Below are positions 45,771 to 56,703 of a stretch of 64,000 bases of DNA, piece by piece. The stretch lies in NCBI GenBank assembly GCA_965209055.1, contig OZ242374.1, positions 5,568,001-5,632,000 of the forward strand, read 5' to 3'. Below the pieces are notes generated by a model. That model did not search any database. It was given only the letters and a program-made list of their open reading frames with translations, and was not told the origin of the DNA. A program made the position numbers and the translations under genes. The stretch's first letter is position 1. Each line of letters begins with the position of its first letter. Origin of the DNA: Acidobacteriota bacterium. GTDB taxonomy: Bacteria; Acidobacteriota; UBA6911; RPQK01; JAJDTT01.

Positions 45771-46660
45771 TTTGTCTTCAGGTGCTCGCCGGTGAGCCGA
45801 AGAAACGCCTCAAGATAGCGATCCGAGGTGGCCGACGCAATGTCGTCCGGGAGCGTGGGACCCGGCGGGGTCTTGTCCCAATCCAGCGTCTCCAGGTAAT
45901 CCCGGACATATTGCTTGTCGAAGGAAGGTTGAGAACCTCCCGGCTGGTACGACTCCGCCGGCCAGAAGCGCGACGAATCGGGAGTCAGCACCTCGTCGAT
46001 GAGAAGCAGGTCGGAACCGTCGATGCCGAACTCGAACTTCGTGTCGCAAATGATGATGCCTCGTTCCAGGGCGTAGTCCCGGGCGCGGCTGTAGATGGCA
46101 AGACTCAGATCCCGAACCCGGCAGGCCAGTTCCTCACCGATGGTGTCGATGCACCTCTCGAACGTGATGTTCTCGTCGTGGCCCGTCTTGGCCTTGGTCG
46201 ACGGAGTGAAAATGGGCTCGGGGAGTTCGTCCGATTCGCCCAAGCCCGGGGGGAGCGGGATGCCGCAGATGGTGCCGTCGACCTGGTACTCTTTCCAGCC
46301 CGATCCCGCCATGAAGCCCCGCACCACGCACTCGACGGGCAGCGGATTGCACCGGCGAACCAGCATGGACCGGCCGCCGAGTTGCTCTTGGAAAGGATGC
46401 AGTTGGCGCGGAAACTCCCGTACCGAGATCGACACCATGTGATTGTCCACCAGGTCGCCCAACAAGGAGAACCAGAATGCGGAAAGCTGGTTCAGAACCT
46501 TCCCCTTGTTGGGAATCACGGTGGGAAGCACCACGTCGAATGCCGATATTCGGTCGGTCGCCACCAGCAGCAGCTGATTGTCCAAGCCGAAGATTTCGCG
46601 AACCTTGCCACGGTTCACTTTGGTTACGCCTTTGAGATCCAGGGTCCTCATTTCAGCCAA
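45767..46660 (-). CDS. purC: Phosphoribosylaminoimidazole-succinocarboxamide synthase
   Basis: GKVRE, TDRISAFD, PVECVVRG, FTPSTKA, DTKFEFG, DEVLTPDSSRFW, DKQYVRD; TTG 46660 after GAAGGAG (or ATG 46651). Confidence 0.96.
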   Translation of the reverse strand: MAEMRTLDLKGVTKVNRGKVREIFGLDNQLLLVATDRISAFDVVLPTVIPNKGKVLNQLSAFWFSLLGDLVDNHMVSISVREFPRQLHPFQEQLGGRSMLVRRCNPLPVECVVRGFMAGSGWKEYQVDGTICGIPLPPGLGESDELPEPIFTPSTKAKTGHDENITFERCIDTIGEELACRVRDLSLAIYSRARDYALERGIIICDTKFEFGIDGSDLLLIDEVLTPDSSRFWPAESYQPGGSQPSFDKQYVRDYLETLDWDKTPPGPTLPDDIASATSDRYLEAFLRLTGEHLKTN

Positions 46661-46862
46661 TGCCGTCTCTCCTTCAGGGGTTCGCGGCCTTGGGGGCCGC
46701 CGGTCAAAAGTTGCGTTCTGGGGTCGCGGCCGGACAGGCTTTGCCTCCCCGGCGAACACATTCTAGTCACAACTCGAGGTGCGTTCAAAGGGAACATTCA
46801 CCCATCGCTCCTTGAGATATTTCTCACATCAGGCGCGAATTTGACAATCGTGGGGCGCGCTC

Positions 46863-46892
46863 TTGACCAGCGAACGGCCGTCTTGCTATTAT
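46863..46892 (+). promoter_or_regulatory. groESL promoter TTGACC-N18-TATTAT with extended -10 TG
   Basis: TTGACC 46863-46868, TG 46884-46885, TATTAT 46887-46892, directly before CIRCE. Confidence 0.7.
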
Positions 46893-46919
46893 TTGGCACT
46901 CCTAAAGTAAGAGTGCCAG
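46893..46919. promoter_or_regulatory. CIRCE element (HrcA operator)
   Basis: TTGGCACTC-N9-GAGTGCCAG versus consensus TTAGCACTC-N9-GAGTGCTAA, upstream of groES. Confidence 0.93.
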
Positions 46920-47004
46920 AGTAATTCCCCAGACCATTGGGTCTCAAGTGGTTTGAGGCCCGAATTCCAAAAACAAAAATACAGGAGTCAACAGGAGGGT
47001 ACGG

Positions 47005-47295
47005 ATGTCAATCAAGCCATTGCAGGACCGGATACTGATCAGGCGCATCGAGGCGGAAGAAGCGTTCCGCGGGGGCATCGTCATTCCCGATACGGCGAAG
47101 GAGAAGCCTCAGGAGGGTGAGATTGTGGCGGTCGGCGACGGAAAGGTCCTCGACAACGGCCAGCGTCAACCCATGTCGGTCTCGGTTGGCGACCGGGTCC
47201 TTTTCGGGAAGTACGCCGGAACCGAGGTCACCCTGGACGACGAAGAATACCTGATCATGCGCGAGGACGAAGTCCTGGGCATCCTGGAGGGCTAG
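47005..47295 (+). CDS. groES: Co-chaperonin GroES
   Basis: [31 protein letters not shown]. Confidence 0.98.
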   Translation: MSIKPLQDRILIRRIEAEEAFRGGIVIPDTAKEKPQEGEIVAVGDGKVLDNGQRQPMSVSVGDRVLFGKYAGTEVTLDDEEYLIMREDEVLGILEG

Positions 47296-47350
47296 GTTGC
47301 CTGAACCGGTCTTAGTCGCCGCAGACAGCAACGATCCCCACAATTCTTAG

Positions 47351-49000
<1,650 letters not shown>

Positions 49001-49029
49001 TCCGCTGCAAACCAATTTGCGGATATCGG

Positions 49030-49063
49030 GAAAAGGGGTCCGTCCGGACCCCTTTTCTTTTTT
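49030..49063 (+). terminator. Rho-independent terminator of groESL
   Basis: GAAAAGGGGTCC/GGACCCCTTTTC stem followed by T-run. Confidence 0.9.
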
Positions 49064-49087
49064 CCGCTGTTCCGACACCATTCCGCC

Positions 49088-50713
49088 GTGGGACAGCCAC
49101 GCCATCTCATCGCCTTCGTCCTGCTGGCCTGCTACCTGACCCTCTTCTTCCAGTTGGGCGATCTTCCCTTCATGGGGGCCGACGAGCCCCGCTACGCGCG
49201 CATCTCCGAAGAGATGCTCCTGGGCGCCGACTTCGTCACACCCAGACTGGAAGGGTCCCCATGGCTGGAGAAGCCGCCGCTTCTCTTCTGGGTCCAGGCC
49301 CTCAGCTTCCACTTCTGCGGAGTGAGCGAGGCGGCGGCGCGCCTTCCGGTGGCTCTGCTGGGCCTTCTCTGCGCGCTTGCCGCCGGAGGATTCGCCCGGC
49401 ACGTGGCAGGTTTCCGTGCCGGGGTCCTGTCCATTCTCATCCTCTCCACCTCCACCCTGTTCTTCATTTTCGCCCGGGCGGGTAGCACCGACATGCCGTT
49501 GACCGCCTGTCTCACCGTGGCCCTGGTCTGCGGGTATCGGGCCACCGGCAGCCGGAACCTCATCTGGTCATTGCTCTCCGGAACCGCCCTGGGAGCGGCC
49601 GCGCTGGCCAAGGGACCCATAGCCCTGATCCTGTTCGGCGGCATTTTCACGGTCTATTTCCTCTGGATCGAGAAGCTCGGGTGGCATTGGAGGCACCTGC
49701 TGGCGGGGACGGCGGCGTTCCTGGCGACGTCCGTTCCCTGGTACTGGAGCGTCTGGGCCGAAAACGGGTACTCCTTCTTCGTAACCTTCTGGCTCAATCA
49801 CCATCTGGCGCGGGTCATGTCGGATCTCCACCATCATTCGCAGCCGTTCTGGTACTACCTGGTGGTCCTGGCGGTGGGGTTTTTCCCCTGGACGCCCTTT
49901 CTCGCCGGTTCTTTCGCCCGCCTCTGGCGCTCGCGCACCGGCACCGGCCCGGACCACTCCCAGGTCTTCCTCTGGATCTGGGCGGCGCTGCCCGTGGTCT
50001 TCTTTTCCCTCAGCGAGAGCAAGCTGCCCGGCTACATCCTGCCGGTCGTTCCGGCACTCGCTCTGCTGGTGGCGCGGGAGTGGGACCGGGACCCGGCCGG
50101 TGAGACGGCGCCGGCAAGGTCACTGCGGATCCAATGGCTGGTCTTGCAGGGACTGGCGCTTCTGATGGCGGCAGCCATCGTCTACATGAGCCGGACCTTC
50201 TACGACTCCGACTCGGGGCTCTGGGTGGCGTTGCCGTTGGCCGCGGCCATCCTCTGGGGAACCCGCGAGTCACGCGCCGGACGGCCGGAGCGGGCCTTTC
50301 TCTCGCTGGTCGGCGGAATGGTGCTGGCGGCGGCCGCCGCCTTCTCGTTCCTGGGCCCGGTGGTGGAGAACTACCATTCGGCGCGGAGTCTGGCTCGGGC
50401 GTCCCAGCCCATGATCAGCGAGGACCGCCCCCTGGTCCTCTACCGCTATTTCCATCACACGGCGCTCTACTACACCGGCTACCAGGCGACGCGGGAAGAG
50501 GTCCCGAGCCTGGCGCACCTGCGGCACTACTCGTCCCAACACCCGCAGGCCGACTACTATCTGCTCACCAAGGAGTCGGGATGGAGAGATCTGGCGGTCC
50601 TGGAAGGATCCCGGTCGCTGCTCGAGGAGGGAAACCTGCGCCTGGTTCGGCTGCCCGGGGAGTCGTTGAACCAGGAACCACCCGGCTCTCCGGCAACGGA
50701 GGGCGAACGCTAG
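49088..50713 (+). CDS. ArnT/PMT-like GT-C glycosyltransferase
   Basis: DEPRYA, EKPPLLFW, LAKGP, PWY, PFWYY, FFPW, SKLPGYILP; polytopic membrane protein. Confidence 0.88.
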   Translation: MGQPRHLIAFVLLACYLTLFFQLGDLPFMGADEPRYARISEEMLLGADFVTPRLEGSPWLEKPPLLFWVQALSFHFCGVSEAAARLPVALLGLLCALAAGGFARHVAGFRAGVLSILILSTSTLFFIFARAGSTDMPLTACLTVALVCGYRATGSRNLIWSLLSGTALGAAALAKGPIALILFGGIFTVYFLWIEKLGWHWRHLLAGTAAFLATSVPWYWSVWAENGYSFFVTFWLNHHLARVMSDLHHHSQPFWYYLVVLAVGFFPWTPFLAGSFARLWRSRTGTGPDHSQVFLWIWAALPVVFFSLSESKLPGYILPVVPALALLVAREWDRDPAGETAPARSLRIQWLVLQGLALLMAAAIVYMSRTFYDSDSGLWVALPLAAAILWGTRESRAGRPERAFLSLVGGMVLAAAAAFSFLGPVVENYHSARSLARASQPMISEDRPLVLYRYFHHTALYYTGYQATREEVPSLAHLRHYSSQHPQADYYLLTKESGWRDLAVLEGSRSLLEEGNLRLVRLPGESLNQEPPGSPATEGER

Positions 50714-50719
50714 ACCTCG

Positions 50720-50748
50720 TTGCCTCGGTCCCGGTCTTGGACTAATAT
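50720..50748 (+). promoter_or_regulatory. Putative cysS promoter TTGCCT-N17-TAATAT
   Basis: Hexamers at 50720-50725 and 50743-50748; short SD-less leader to ATG 50766. Confidence 0.5.
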
Positions 50749-50765
50749 CTCGCTGCAATTTTCCC

Positions 50766-52163
50766 ATGGCACTACGTCTGTACAACACGTTGACCCGGAC
50801 CATTGATGAGGTCGTGCCGCTGGAGGGCCGGGACCTGCGGCTCTACGCCTGCGGCCCCACGGTCTACGACTTCGTCCACATCGGGAACTTCAGGACCTTC
50901 ACCTTCCAGGACCTGCTCCGCCGCTACCTTCTCTACAAGGGCTTCGGGCTCACCCACGTCATGAACATCACGGACGTGGACGACAAGATCATCAACGGCG
51001 CGGGGGCCCGGGGCGAACCGATCCAGGAGTACACCAAGCGCTATACCCAGGCCTTTCTGGAGGACATGAAAGCCTTGCGCCTCCAGCGCCCGGAGATCAT
51101 GCCCCGGGCGACCCGGCATATCGCGCAGATGGTCGACCTGATCGTGCGCCTGCGCCGGAAAGGCCTGACCTACGAGCAGGACGGGTCGACCTACTACCGT
51201 ATCGACGGGCTTCCCGCCTACGGAGGGCTCTCCCGTCTCGACCTGCATGAAGCGGAGCGGGGAGACGCCACCGACGCCGACGAATACAGCAAGGACAACC
51301 CCCGGGACTTCGTCCTCTGGAAGGCGAGAAAACCGGGAGAGGCCTATTGGGACACGGCCCTGGGGCCGGGCCGGCCCGGCTGGCACATCGAGTGTTCGGC
51401 CATGAGCATGGAGTACCTGGGAGAGTCCTTCGATCTGCACGCCGGCGGAGTGGACCTGGTCTTTCCGCACCACGAGAACGAGATCGCCCAGAGCGAGGGC
51501 GCCACCGGCAAACCCTTCGTCCGCCACTGGGTCCACAGCGCCCACCTGGTGGTGGAGGGAGAGAAGATGTCCAAGTCCCGTGGCAACTTCTACACCCTGC
51601 GGGATCTGCTGGGCCAGGGGTGGGATCCGCTGGCGGTCCGCTACCTTTTGCTGAGCGTCCACTACCGGAAGCAGCTCAACTTCAGCTTCCAGGGAATGAC
51701 CCAGGCGCAGTCGGCCTTGCAACGGGTCAACGACTTCATCCAGCGCATCCGCGAGGTTCCGGACGATGCGGAAGAAGACCGGGAGCTGACGGAGGCGGCC
51801 CGGCAAGCCGAACGGAACTTCGAGTCCAGTCTGGACGATGACCTCAATACGTCGGCCGCGCTGGCCGCCATCTTCGAGCTGGTCCGGAAGGGCAACCTGC
51901 TCCTGGAAAAGAACCAGGTCGGTGGGCCCGACCGGGACGCCGTCCTGGGCTTCTTCTCCAAGGTGAACGGGATCTTCGAGACCTTCCAGTTGGAGACCCT
52001 CGAGTTGGAGGACGATGAGGTCGCCCGGCTCATCCAGGAACGGACGGTGGCTCGCCAGACCCGGGACTACGCCCGGGCCGACCAGATCCGCAGCCTCCTG
52101 TCCGAGAAAGGGATCGTGCTGGAGGACACTCGAGAGGGGACCAGGTGGAAACGGGCGACCTGA
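50766..52163 (+). CDS. cysS: Cysteine--tRNA ligase
   Basis: CGPTVY, HIGN, DFVLWK, GRPGWHIECS, FPHHENE, KMSKS. Confidence 0.98.
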   Translation: MALRLYNTLTRTIDEVVPLEGRDLRLYACGPTVYDFVHIGNFRTFTFQDLLRRYLLYKGFGLTHVMNITDVDDKIINGAGARGEPIQEYTKRYTQAFLEDMKALRLQRPEIMPRATRHIAQMVDLIVRLRRKGLTYEQDGSTYYRIDGLPAYGGLSRLDLHEAERGDATDADEYSKDNPRDFVLWKARKPGEAYWDTALGPGRPGWHIECSAMSMEYLGESFDLHAGGVDLVFPHHENEIAQSEGATGKPFVRHWVHSAHLVVEGEKMSKSRGNFYTLRDLLGQGWDPLAVRYLLLSVHYRKQLNFSFQGMTQAQSALQRVNDFIQRIREVPDDAEEDRELTEAARQAERNFESSLDDDLNTSAALAAIFELVRKGNLLLEKNQVGGPDRDAVLGFFSKVNGIFETFQLETLELEDDEVARLIQERTVARQTRDYARADQIRSLLSEKGIVLEDTREGTRWKRAT

Positions 52164-53476
52164 CTTTTGACGCCGGCGAGACGGCCGGCATCATTTCCCG
52201 CTATCTGCCCGCCTCCGGAGTCGAGATCGTCGCCGACCTGTCCCGCAGCCGCGGGTCCCGGCTCTGCGAGTTCCAGACCGGCCGGGTCTTCCTGGACTTC
52301 ATGGCCTTCTACGCCACCTCGCCCATCGGCTACAACCACCCCCTCATGACGCGCCCGGAAGTGGTGGAGGAAATGGGAGAGGCGGCACTCCACAAGCCCT
52401 CCAACTCGGACCTGTACACCCCGGAGATGGGGGCCTTCGTGGACACCTTCTCCCGTCTCGCATTGCCCGGCTCCATGAAACACCTCTTCTTCGTGGAAGG
52501 CGGAGCCCCGGCGGTGGAGAACGCCCTCAAGGTGGCTTTCGACTGGAAGACCCGGAAGAACCGGGCCCAGGGCCGCCCGGAGGAGAAAGACCTGAAGGTG
52601 ATCCATTTCAGGGAGGCCTTCCACGGACGGCTCGGCTACACGCTCTCCCTCACCAACACCTTCGACCGGAACAAGACCCGCTACTTCCCCAAGTTCGACT
52701 GGCCCCGGATCGAGAATCCCAAGTGCCGCTTCCCCCTGGAGGGAGACAACCTCCGGTCCGTGCTGGAATCCGAGGAGAGAGCGCTGCGGCAGATCCGTCG
52801 GGTCCTGGAGGAGCACCCTTTCCGGGTCGCCTGCCTGATCCTGGAGCCGATCCAGGGGGAGGGCGGAGACAACCATTTCCGGCGCGAGTTCCACCGCGCC
52901 CTGCGCTCCGTCTGCGACGAGTTCGACCTGCTCTTCATCTACGACGAGGTGCAGACGGGGCTGGGCGGGACCGGAAGGATGTGGGCCATGGAGCACTACG
53001 CGGAGCCGGACCTGCTGGCCTTCGGCAAGAAGACCCAGGTCTGCGGCATCATGGCCAACGGCCGCGTCGACGACGTGCCCGAGAACGTCTTCCGGGTGCC
53101 GGGACGGATCAATTCGACCTGGGGAGGGAGCCTCATCGACATGGTCCGGTGCCGGATCTACCTGGAGATCTACGAGCGGGAGGGGCTCCTGGAGCACGCG
53201 CGCAAGATGGGCCGGGTATTGCTGGAGGGTCTGCGGGAGCTGGCCGAGGAGACGCCGTCCTTCTTCTCCAACGCCAGGGGCATCGGTCCCTTCTGCGCCA
53301 TCGACCTGCCCGACACCCCGACGCGGGACCGGTTCCTGCGGAGCCTCCTCCGGCGCTCCTTGATCATCCTGCCCTCGGGCGAGCGGTCCATCCGCTTCCG
53401 TCCCGCTCTGAACATGCCGGACGAGGACGTGCTGGAGGGTCTGGAGATCTTCCGAAACGCCCTCCGGGATTTTTGA
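52145..53476 (+). CDS. lat: L-lysine 6-transaminase (class III PLP aminotransferase)
   Basis: KPSNSDLY, VENALKVAFDWK, AFHGR, FPKFDWPRI, EPIQGEGGD, DEVQTG, FGKK, RINSTWGG. Confidence 0.9.
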   Translation: METGDLTFDAGETAGIISRYLPASGVEIVADLSRSRGSRLCEFQTGRVFLDFMAFYATSPIGYNHPLMTRPEVVEEMGEAALHKPSNSDLYTPEMGAFVDTFSRLALPGSMKHLFFVEGGAPAVENALKVAFDWKTRKNRAQGRPEEKDLKVIHFREAFHGRLGYTLSLTNTFDRNKTRYFPKFDWPRIENPKCRFPLEGDNLRSVLESEERALRQIRRVLEEHPFRVACLILEPIQGEGGDNHFRREFHRALRSVCDEFDLLFIYDEVQTGLGGTGRMWAMEHYAEPDLLAFGKKTQVCGIMANGRVDDVPENVFRVPGRINSTWGGSLIDMVRCRIYLEIYEREGLLEHARKMGRVLLEGLRELAEETPSFFSNARGIGPFCAIDLPDTPTRDRFLRSLLRRSLIILPSGERSIRFRPALNMPDEDVLEGLEIFRNALRDF

Positions 53477-53496
53477 CCGTCGCCGGTCTCTCTAAA

Positions 53497-55528
53497 CGGA
53501 ACTTCACTTCGGATAGTCGGTCTAACTGTTTCTCTATCAGGAAGATAGAAGAAATCAACCTGGCCATTTACTGGCAACAAATCGGGTCGGATCCACGCCG
53601 AGCAAATCGAAAGCCTTCGCCTGCACCGGCGTCGGCTTGGCGAACATCGCAAACGGATGCTGCGGGGCGTTCGGCAGAGCCACCTGGTTCAGGGTGAGCG
53701 TTCCGAGATTCGCCAGCAGCGTCCGGAGGCTCTGCACCGGGAGCCCGTCAGTGGTCCGTTTGCGTGCGGCCTTGGCCTTCGTGCGCTCGGACACCTGCGC
53801 TTTTTCCACCGGGGATTTCCGCAGCGCTCGCGCCCCGACCCGATCCTCCTCCTCGAACAGCAGCGGCGCCAGGGCTCGTCGCAGGTGCCACTCCAGGTAA
53901 TACGCCAGCAGACACAGAAAGACATGCCCGCGCACATGGGCCTCGCTGTAGACGTACACCGGGCGCAGGGCCAGCTGCGCCGTCTTGAGCGAGCGAAACG
54001 CCCGTTCCACCCGGGAGAGACTCTTGTACGCCTCCACCGCCTCCGAAGCCCCGATCTCGGAGGCCGCCAGGCTGGTGCGCACGATGTAGATGCCATCCAG
54101 TTGAGCCTCCGCGTCGATCTTCTCCTGGTTCCTGGACCAGCGGATGTCGTCGTCTCTCACCTCGATCCGGAAGTGCTTGGCGACCTTCTTGCGGTTCACG
54201 TCCCGGCCCACCCGGCGGTTGATCGCCTGTTGGCCGCGCAGCCGCGATCTCGGGGAGCGCACAGCCTTGGCGATTGTCTCCAGGATCTTTTCGGTCGCGC
54301 GGAGCAGTTCCTCCCGCTTGCGGGCGCGGTCCTCGCGCAAGCGGGGATTGAGGCAGACCAGCAAGCGTTCTCCGGGAAATTCCGGGCTGAGGATCTCCGC
54401 GACCCCGTCCGGAACCAACTCGCCCGGCCGCAACGGAGCCGGCTGATCTCCTTCAGTGCCCGATTTGGACGGCCGCATCAGCTTGCGGATGGCGTCGGTT
54501 CTCAAGGCCGAGATCCAGGCCAGTCCGGCCGGTGAGAGATCCTCGCGCAGCCGCGCCGTGGTGAGCATGCCCCGATCCCCGACCAAGGCGATGGACTCGA
54601 TGCCGAAACGCCCCTGGATCTTCTCGACCTGCGACGCCACCGTCTTCGGATCCCCCGTGTTGCCGGAGAAGACCTCCACGGCCAGCGGGCAGCCGTCCTC
54701 GGCGCACAGCAGACCGAAGACGATCTGGGGCTTGCCTTTCTTGCCGTCCCGGTTATGGCCGAACGCGGCCAGAGGACAGGAGCGTCCCTCCAGATAGCTG
54801 GAGGAGACGTCGTAAAGCAGCAGGGTCCGGCCCTCCAGATGCCGTCGCGCCAAGCTCTTCTCGATCCAGACCTGGCGGCGAACCAACCAGTCGAGCATCG
54901 CGAGCATCTCGTTGCCGTGGACCGGACCGAGGCCGAGGAGCGGGCCGAGGCTGGTGGTGGCGGTCTGGGGAGACAGGTTCCGGGCGGTGGCGAGCTTGGA
55001 AGCGGGATCCAGCACGCGGGCGACGATGGCGGCGAGGGCGAGGTCGCGGTTGCGGCTGCGGTTGCGGTGCAGGAGGCGTGTCAGACCGAGTTGGCGGGCG
55101 AGGCCGAGGAGAGCGGCGACATGGCCGTGGGGCAGGGCGCGGCGAATGGAGAGGGTGTCGTCCAGGGGGTGGAAGACTTGACCACCCTTGAGCAGGGCGC
55201 GGATGCCGTCGACGATCTCCGGGGGGAGCTTGGAGAGGTTGGCGAGGGTGGTGCGGCGGATGCGTTTGCCCTCGCGTTTGGCGTGGCGGAAGAGGATGGC
55301 AGGGGGACTGTTGCGGTTGGGGATGACATCGACGTGGTAGGACATGGGGAGGCGACCTCTTACATGGAAACAGTAATGAGCACTGATATACAAATGATAC
55401 AGGATAATACTGACAAACACACCGATCCCATACATGGAAACAAATATCCAGTTATAGAGTGAGTCTAGCGAACCGTAACCGGCGCTATTTCAATGATTTG
55501 CTAGGGTTTGGGGGGCAGTGAAGTTCCG
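53497..55528 (-). mobile_element. IS1634-family insertion sequence, apparently intact
   Basis: Perfect 12-bp terminal IRs CGGAACTTCACT (53497-53508) / AGTGAAGTTCCG (55517-55528); flanking 6-bp direct repeat TCTAAA (53491-53496, 55529-55534). Confidence 0.9.
53555..55345 (-). CDS. IS1634-family DDE transposase
   Basis: PNRNSPPAIL, TLANLSKLP, LYDVSSSY, GHNRDGK, VGDRGM, YK.L..VERAFRSLK, RPVY; start taken as ATG 55345. Confidence 0.92.
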   Translation of the reverse strand: MSYHVDVIPNRNSPPAILFRHAKREGKRIRRTTLANLSKLPPEIVDGIRALLKGGQVFHPLDDTLSIRRALPHGHVAALLGLARQLGLTRLLHRNRSRNRDLALAAIVARVLDPASKLATARNLSPQTATTSLGPLLGLGPVHGNEMLAMLDWLVRRQVWIEKSLARRHLEGRTLLLYDVSSSYLEGRSCPLAAFGHNRDGKKGKPQIVFGLLCAEDGCPLAVEVFSGNTGDPKTVASQVEKIQGRFGIESIALVGDRGMLTTARLREDLSPAGLAWISALRTDAIRKLMRPSKSGTEGDQPAPLRPGELVPDGVAEILSPEFPGERLLVCLNPRLREDRARKREELLRATEKILETIAKAVRSPRSRLRGQQAINRRVGRDVNRKKVAKHFRIEVRDDDIRWSRNQEKIDAEAQLDGIYIVRTSLAASEIGASEAVEAYKSLSRVERAFRSLKTAQLALRPVYVYSEAHVRGHVFLCLLAYYLEWHLRRALAPLLFEEEDRVGARALRKSPVEKAQVSERTKAKAARKRTTDGLPVQSLRTLLANLGTLTLNQVALPNAPQHPFAMFAKPTPVQAKAFDLLGVDPTRFVASKWPG

Positions 55529-55529
55529 T

Positions 55530-55964
55530 CTAAAACACGTAGTGCCGGAGCCGGAAGCGAACCCGGTCGCGGGTCTCGACGGCGATGACGTCCAATCGCA
55601 CCGGCGCCTTTTCCAACTCGTGGCGCCAGATGAACTCGTCGGCGAGGCGCTCCAGCCGGCGCTGCTTCTCCATGCCCACACGCTCCTCCGGCCGGAACGG
55701 AGAAGGGACGAGACTCGTCTTCACCTCGACGAAGACGAGCCACGAATCGTGCCAGGCGATCAGGTCCACCTCGCCCCGCCGGCCTCTCCAATTCCGGGCC
55801 ACCACGTCCCATTTCATGGCCAGCAGGTGCCGCAACGCGACCCACTCGCCCCAGCGGCCCAAGTCGCCGCGAGAGGGATTGAAACGCCGATTCCAGAGCC
55901 AGGCGAGGATCGGGGGCACCCGTCCTTCACGCTCCCAGCCACCGCCCGGCGTCGTGCGAAGCAT
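55530..55964 (-). CDS. yraN: YraN family putative endonuclease
   Basis: LGRWGE, RNWR...GEVDLIA, LVFVEVKT, RLDVIAV; true start may be GTG 55919. Confidence 0.9.
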   Translation of the reverse strand: MLRTTPGGGWEREGRVPPILAWLWNRRFNPSRGDLGRWGEWVALRHLLAMKWDVVARNWRGRRGEVDLIAWHDSWLVFVEVKTSLVPSPFRPEERVGMEKQRRLERLADEFIWRHELEKAPVRLDVIAVETRDRVRFRLRHYVF

Positions 55965-56040
55965 CCACCCAACAAAACGTCCGGGGCACGGAAAACGCGG
56001 GACGGCCCGGAACCGCGGGCAGAGGATCTGGCAGACCCGC

Positions 56041-56496
56041 TTATTTGCCTGGTTTTTCCTTGAAGTCCAGGGCCGCCGAATTGATGCAGAAACGCAGGCC
56101 GGTGGGACGGGGCCCGTCGTCGAAGACGTGTCCCAGGTGAGATCCGCAACGACGGCACAGGACCTCGACTCTCCTCATCCCGTAGCTGTCGTCCGCTTCC
56201 ATGGCGACTCTCTCCTTCTCAACGGGAGCCCAGAAACTGGGCCAGCCGGTTCCCGAATCGAACTTCGTCTCCGAGCTGAAGAGTTCGCTGCCGCACGCCA
56301 CGCAAAGATAGGAGCCGTCCGCCTTGTTGGCATAGTACTTGCCGGAAAAGGGGGGCTCGGTCCCCTTCATCCTGCAGACGTAGAACTGCTCCTCCGTCAG
56401 GGTCTTTCTCCACTCCTCTTCGGTGGTGGCAGCAGACGTTTCCAAGGGTTCGTGCTCATTTCGGCCCGAGTCGCGGTCTCTCCGCCAGATCGCCAT
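56041..56496 (-). CDS. msrB: Peptide-methionine (R)-S-oxide reductase
   Basis: GTEPPF, CVAC/CRRC Zn sites, [24 protein letters not shown]; AAAGGAG RBS. Confidence 0.97.
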   Translation of the reverse strand: MAIWRRDRDSGRNEHEPLETSAATTEEEWRKTLTEEQFYVCRMKGTEPPFSGKYYANKADGSYLCVACGSELFSSETKFDSGTGWPSFWAPVEKERVAMEADDSYGMRRVEVLCRRCGSHLGHVFDDGPRPTGLRFCINSAALDFKEKPGK

Positions 56497-56703
56497 GAGT
56501 TCTCCTTTCCGGTCCTTTTTCTATCAGTCAACGAGTTGCAATGAGGTTAGGACATGTTGAATCCAATACTTCCTTGTAGGCGCCTTCACGACTTGCCGAA
56601 ACATGTCAAAGTCAAACTACGCCGTCTCGCGAATCCGCTGCTCGTTGCAAGTTGGACGTAAAGTTTGCCACCAGCGAAATCGCCATGGGGGCTTCCGCCC
56701 GCC

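Noticed and set aside
46661-46770. Possible purine-related riboswitch (ZTP/PRPP) upstream of purC
   Set aside because: GC-rich stems are possible but I could not find the conserved aptamer nucleotides; an Rfam scan would be decisive.
56520-56703. Lower-GC spacer as gene remnant or integron attC site
   Set aside because: No frame gave a recognisable protein and no convincing attC inverted structure was found.
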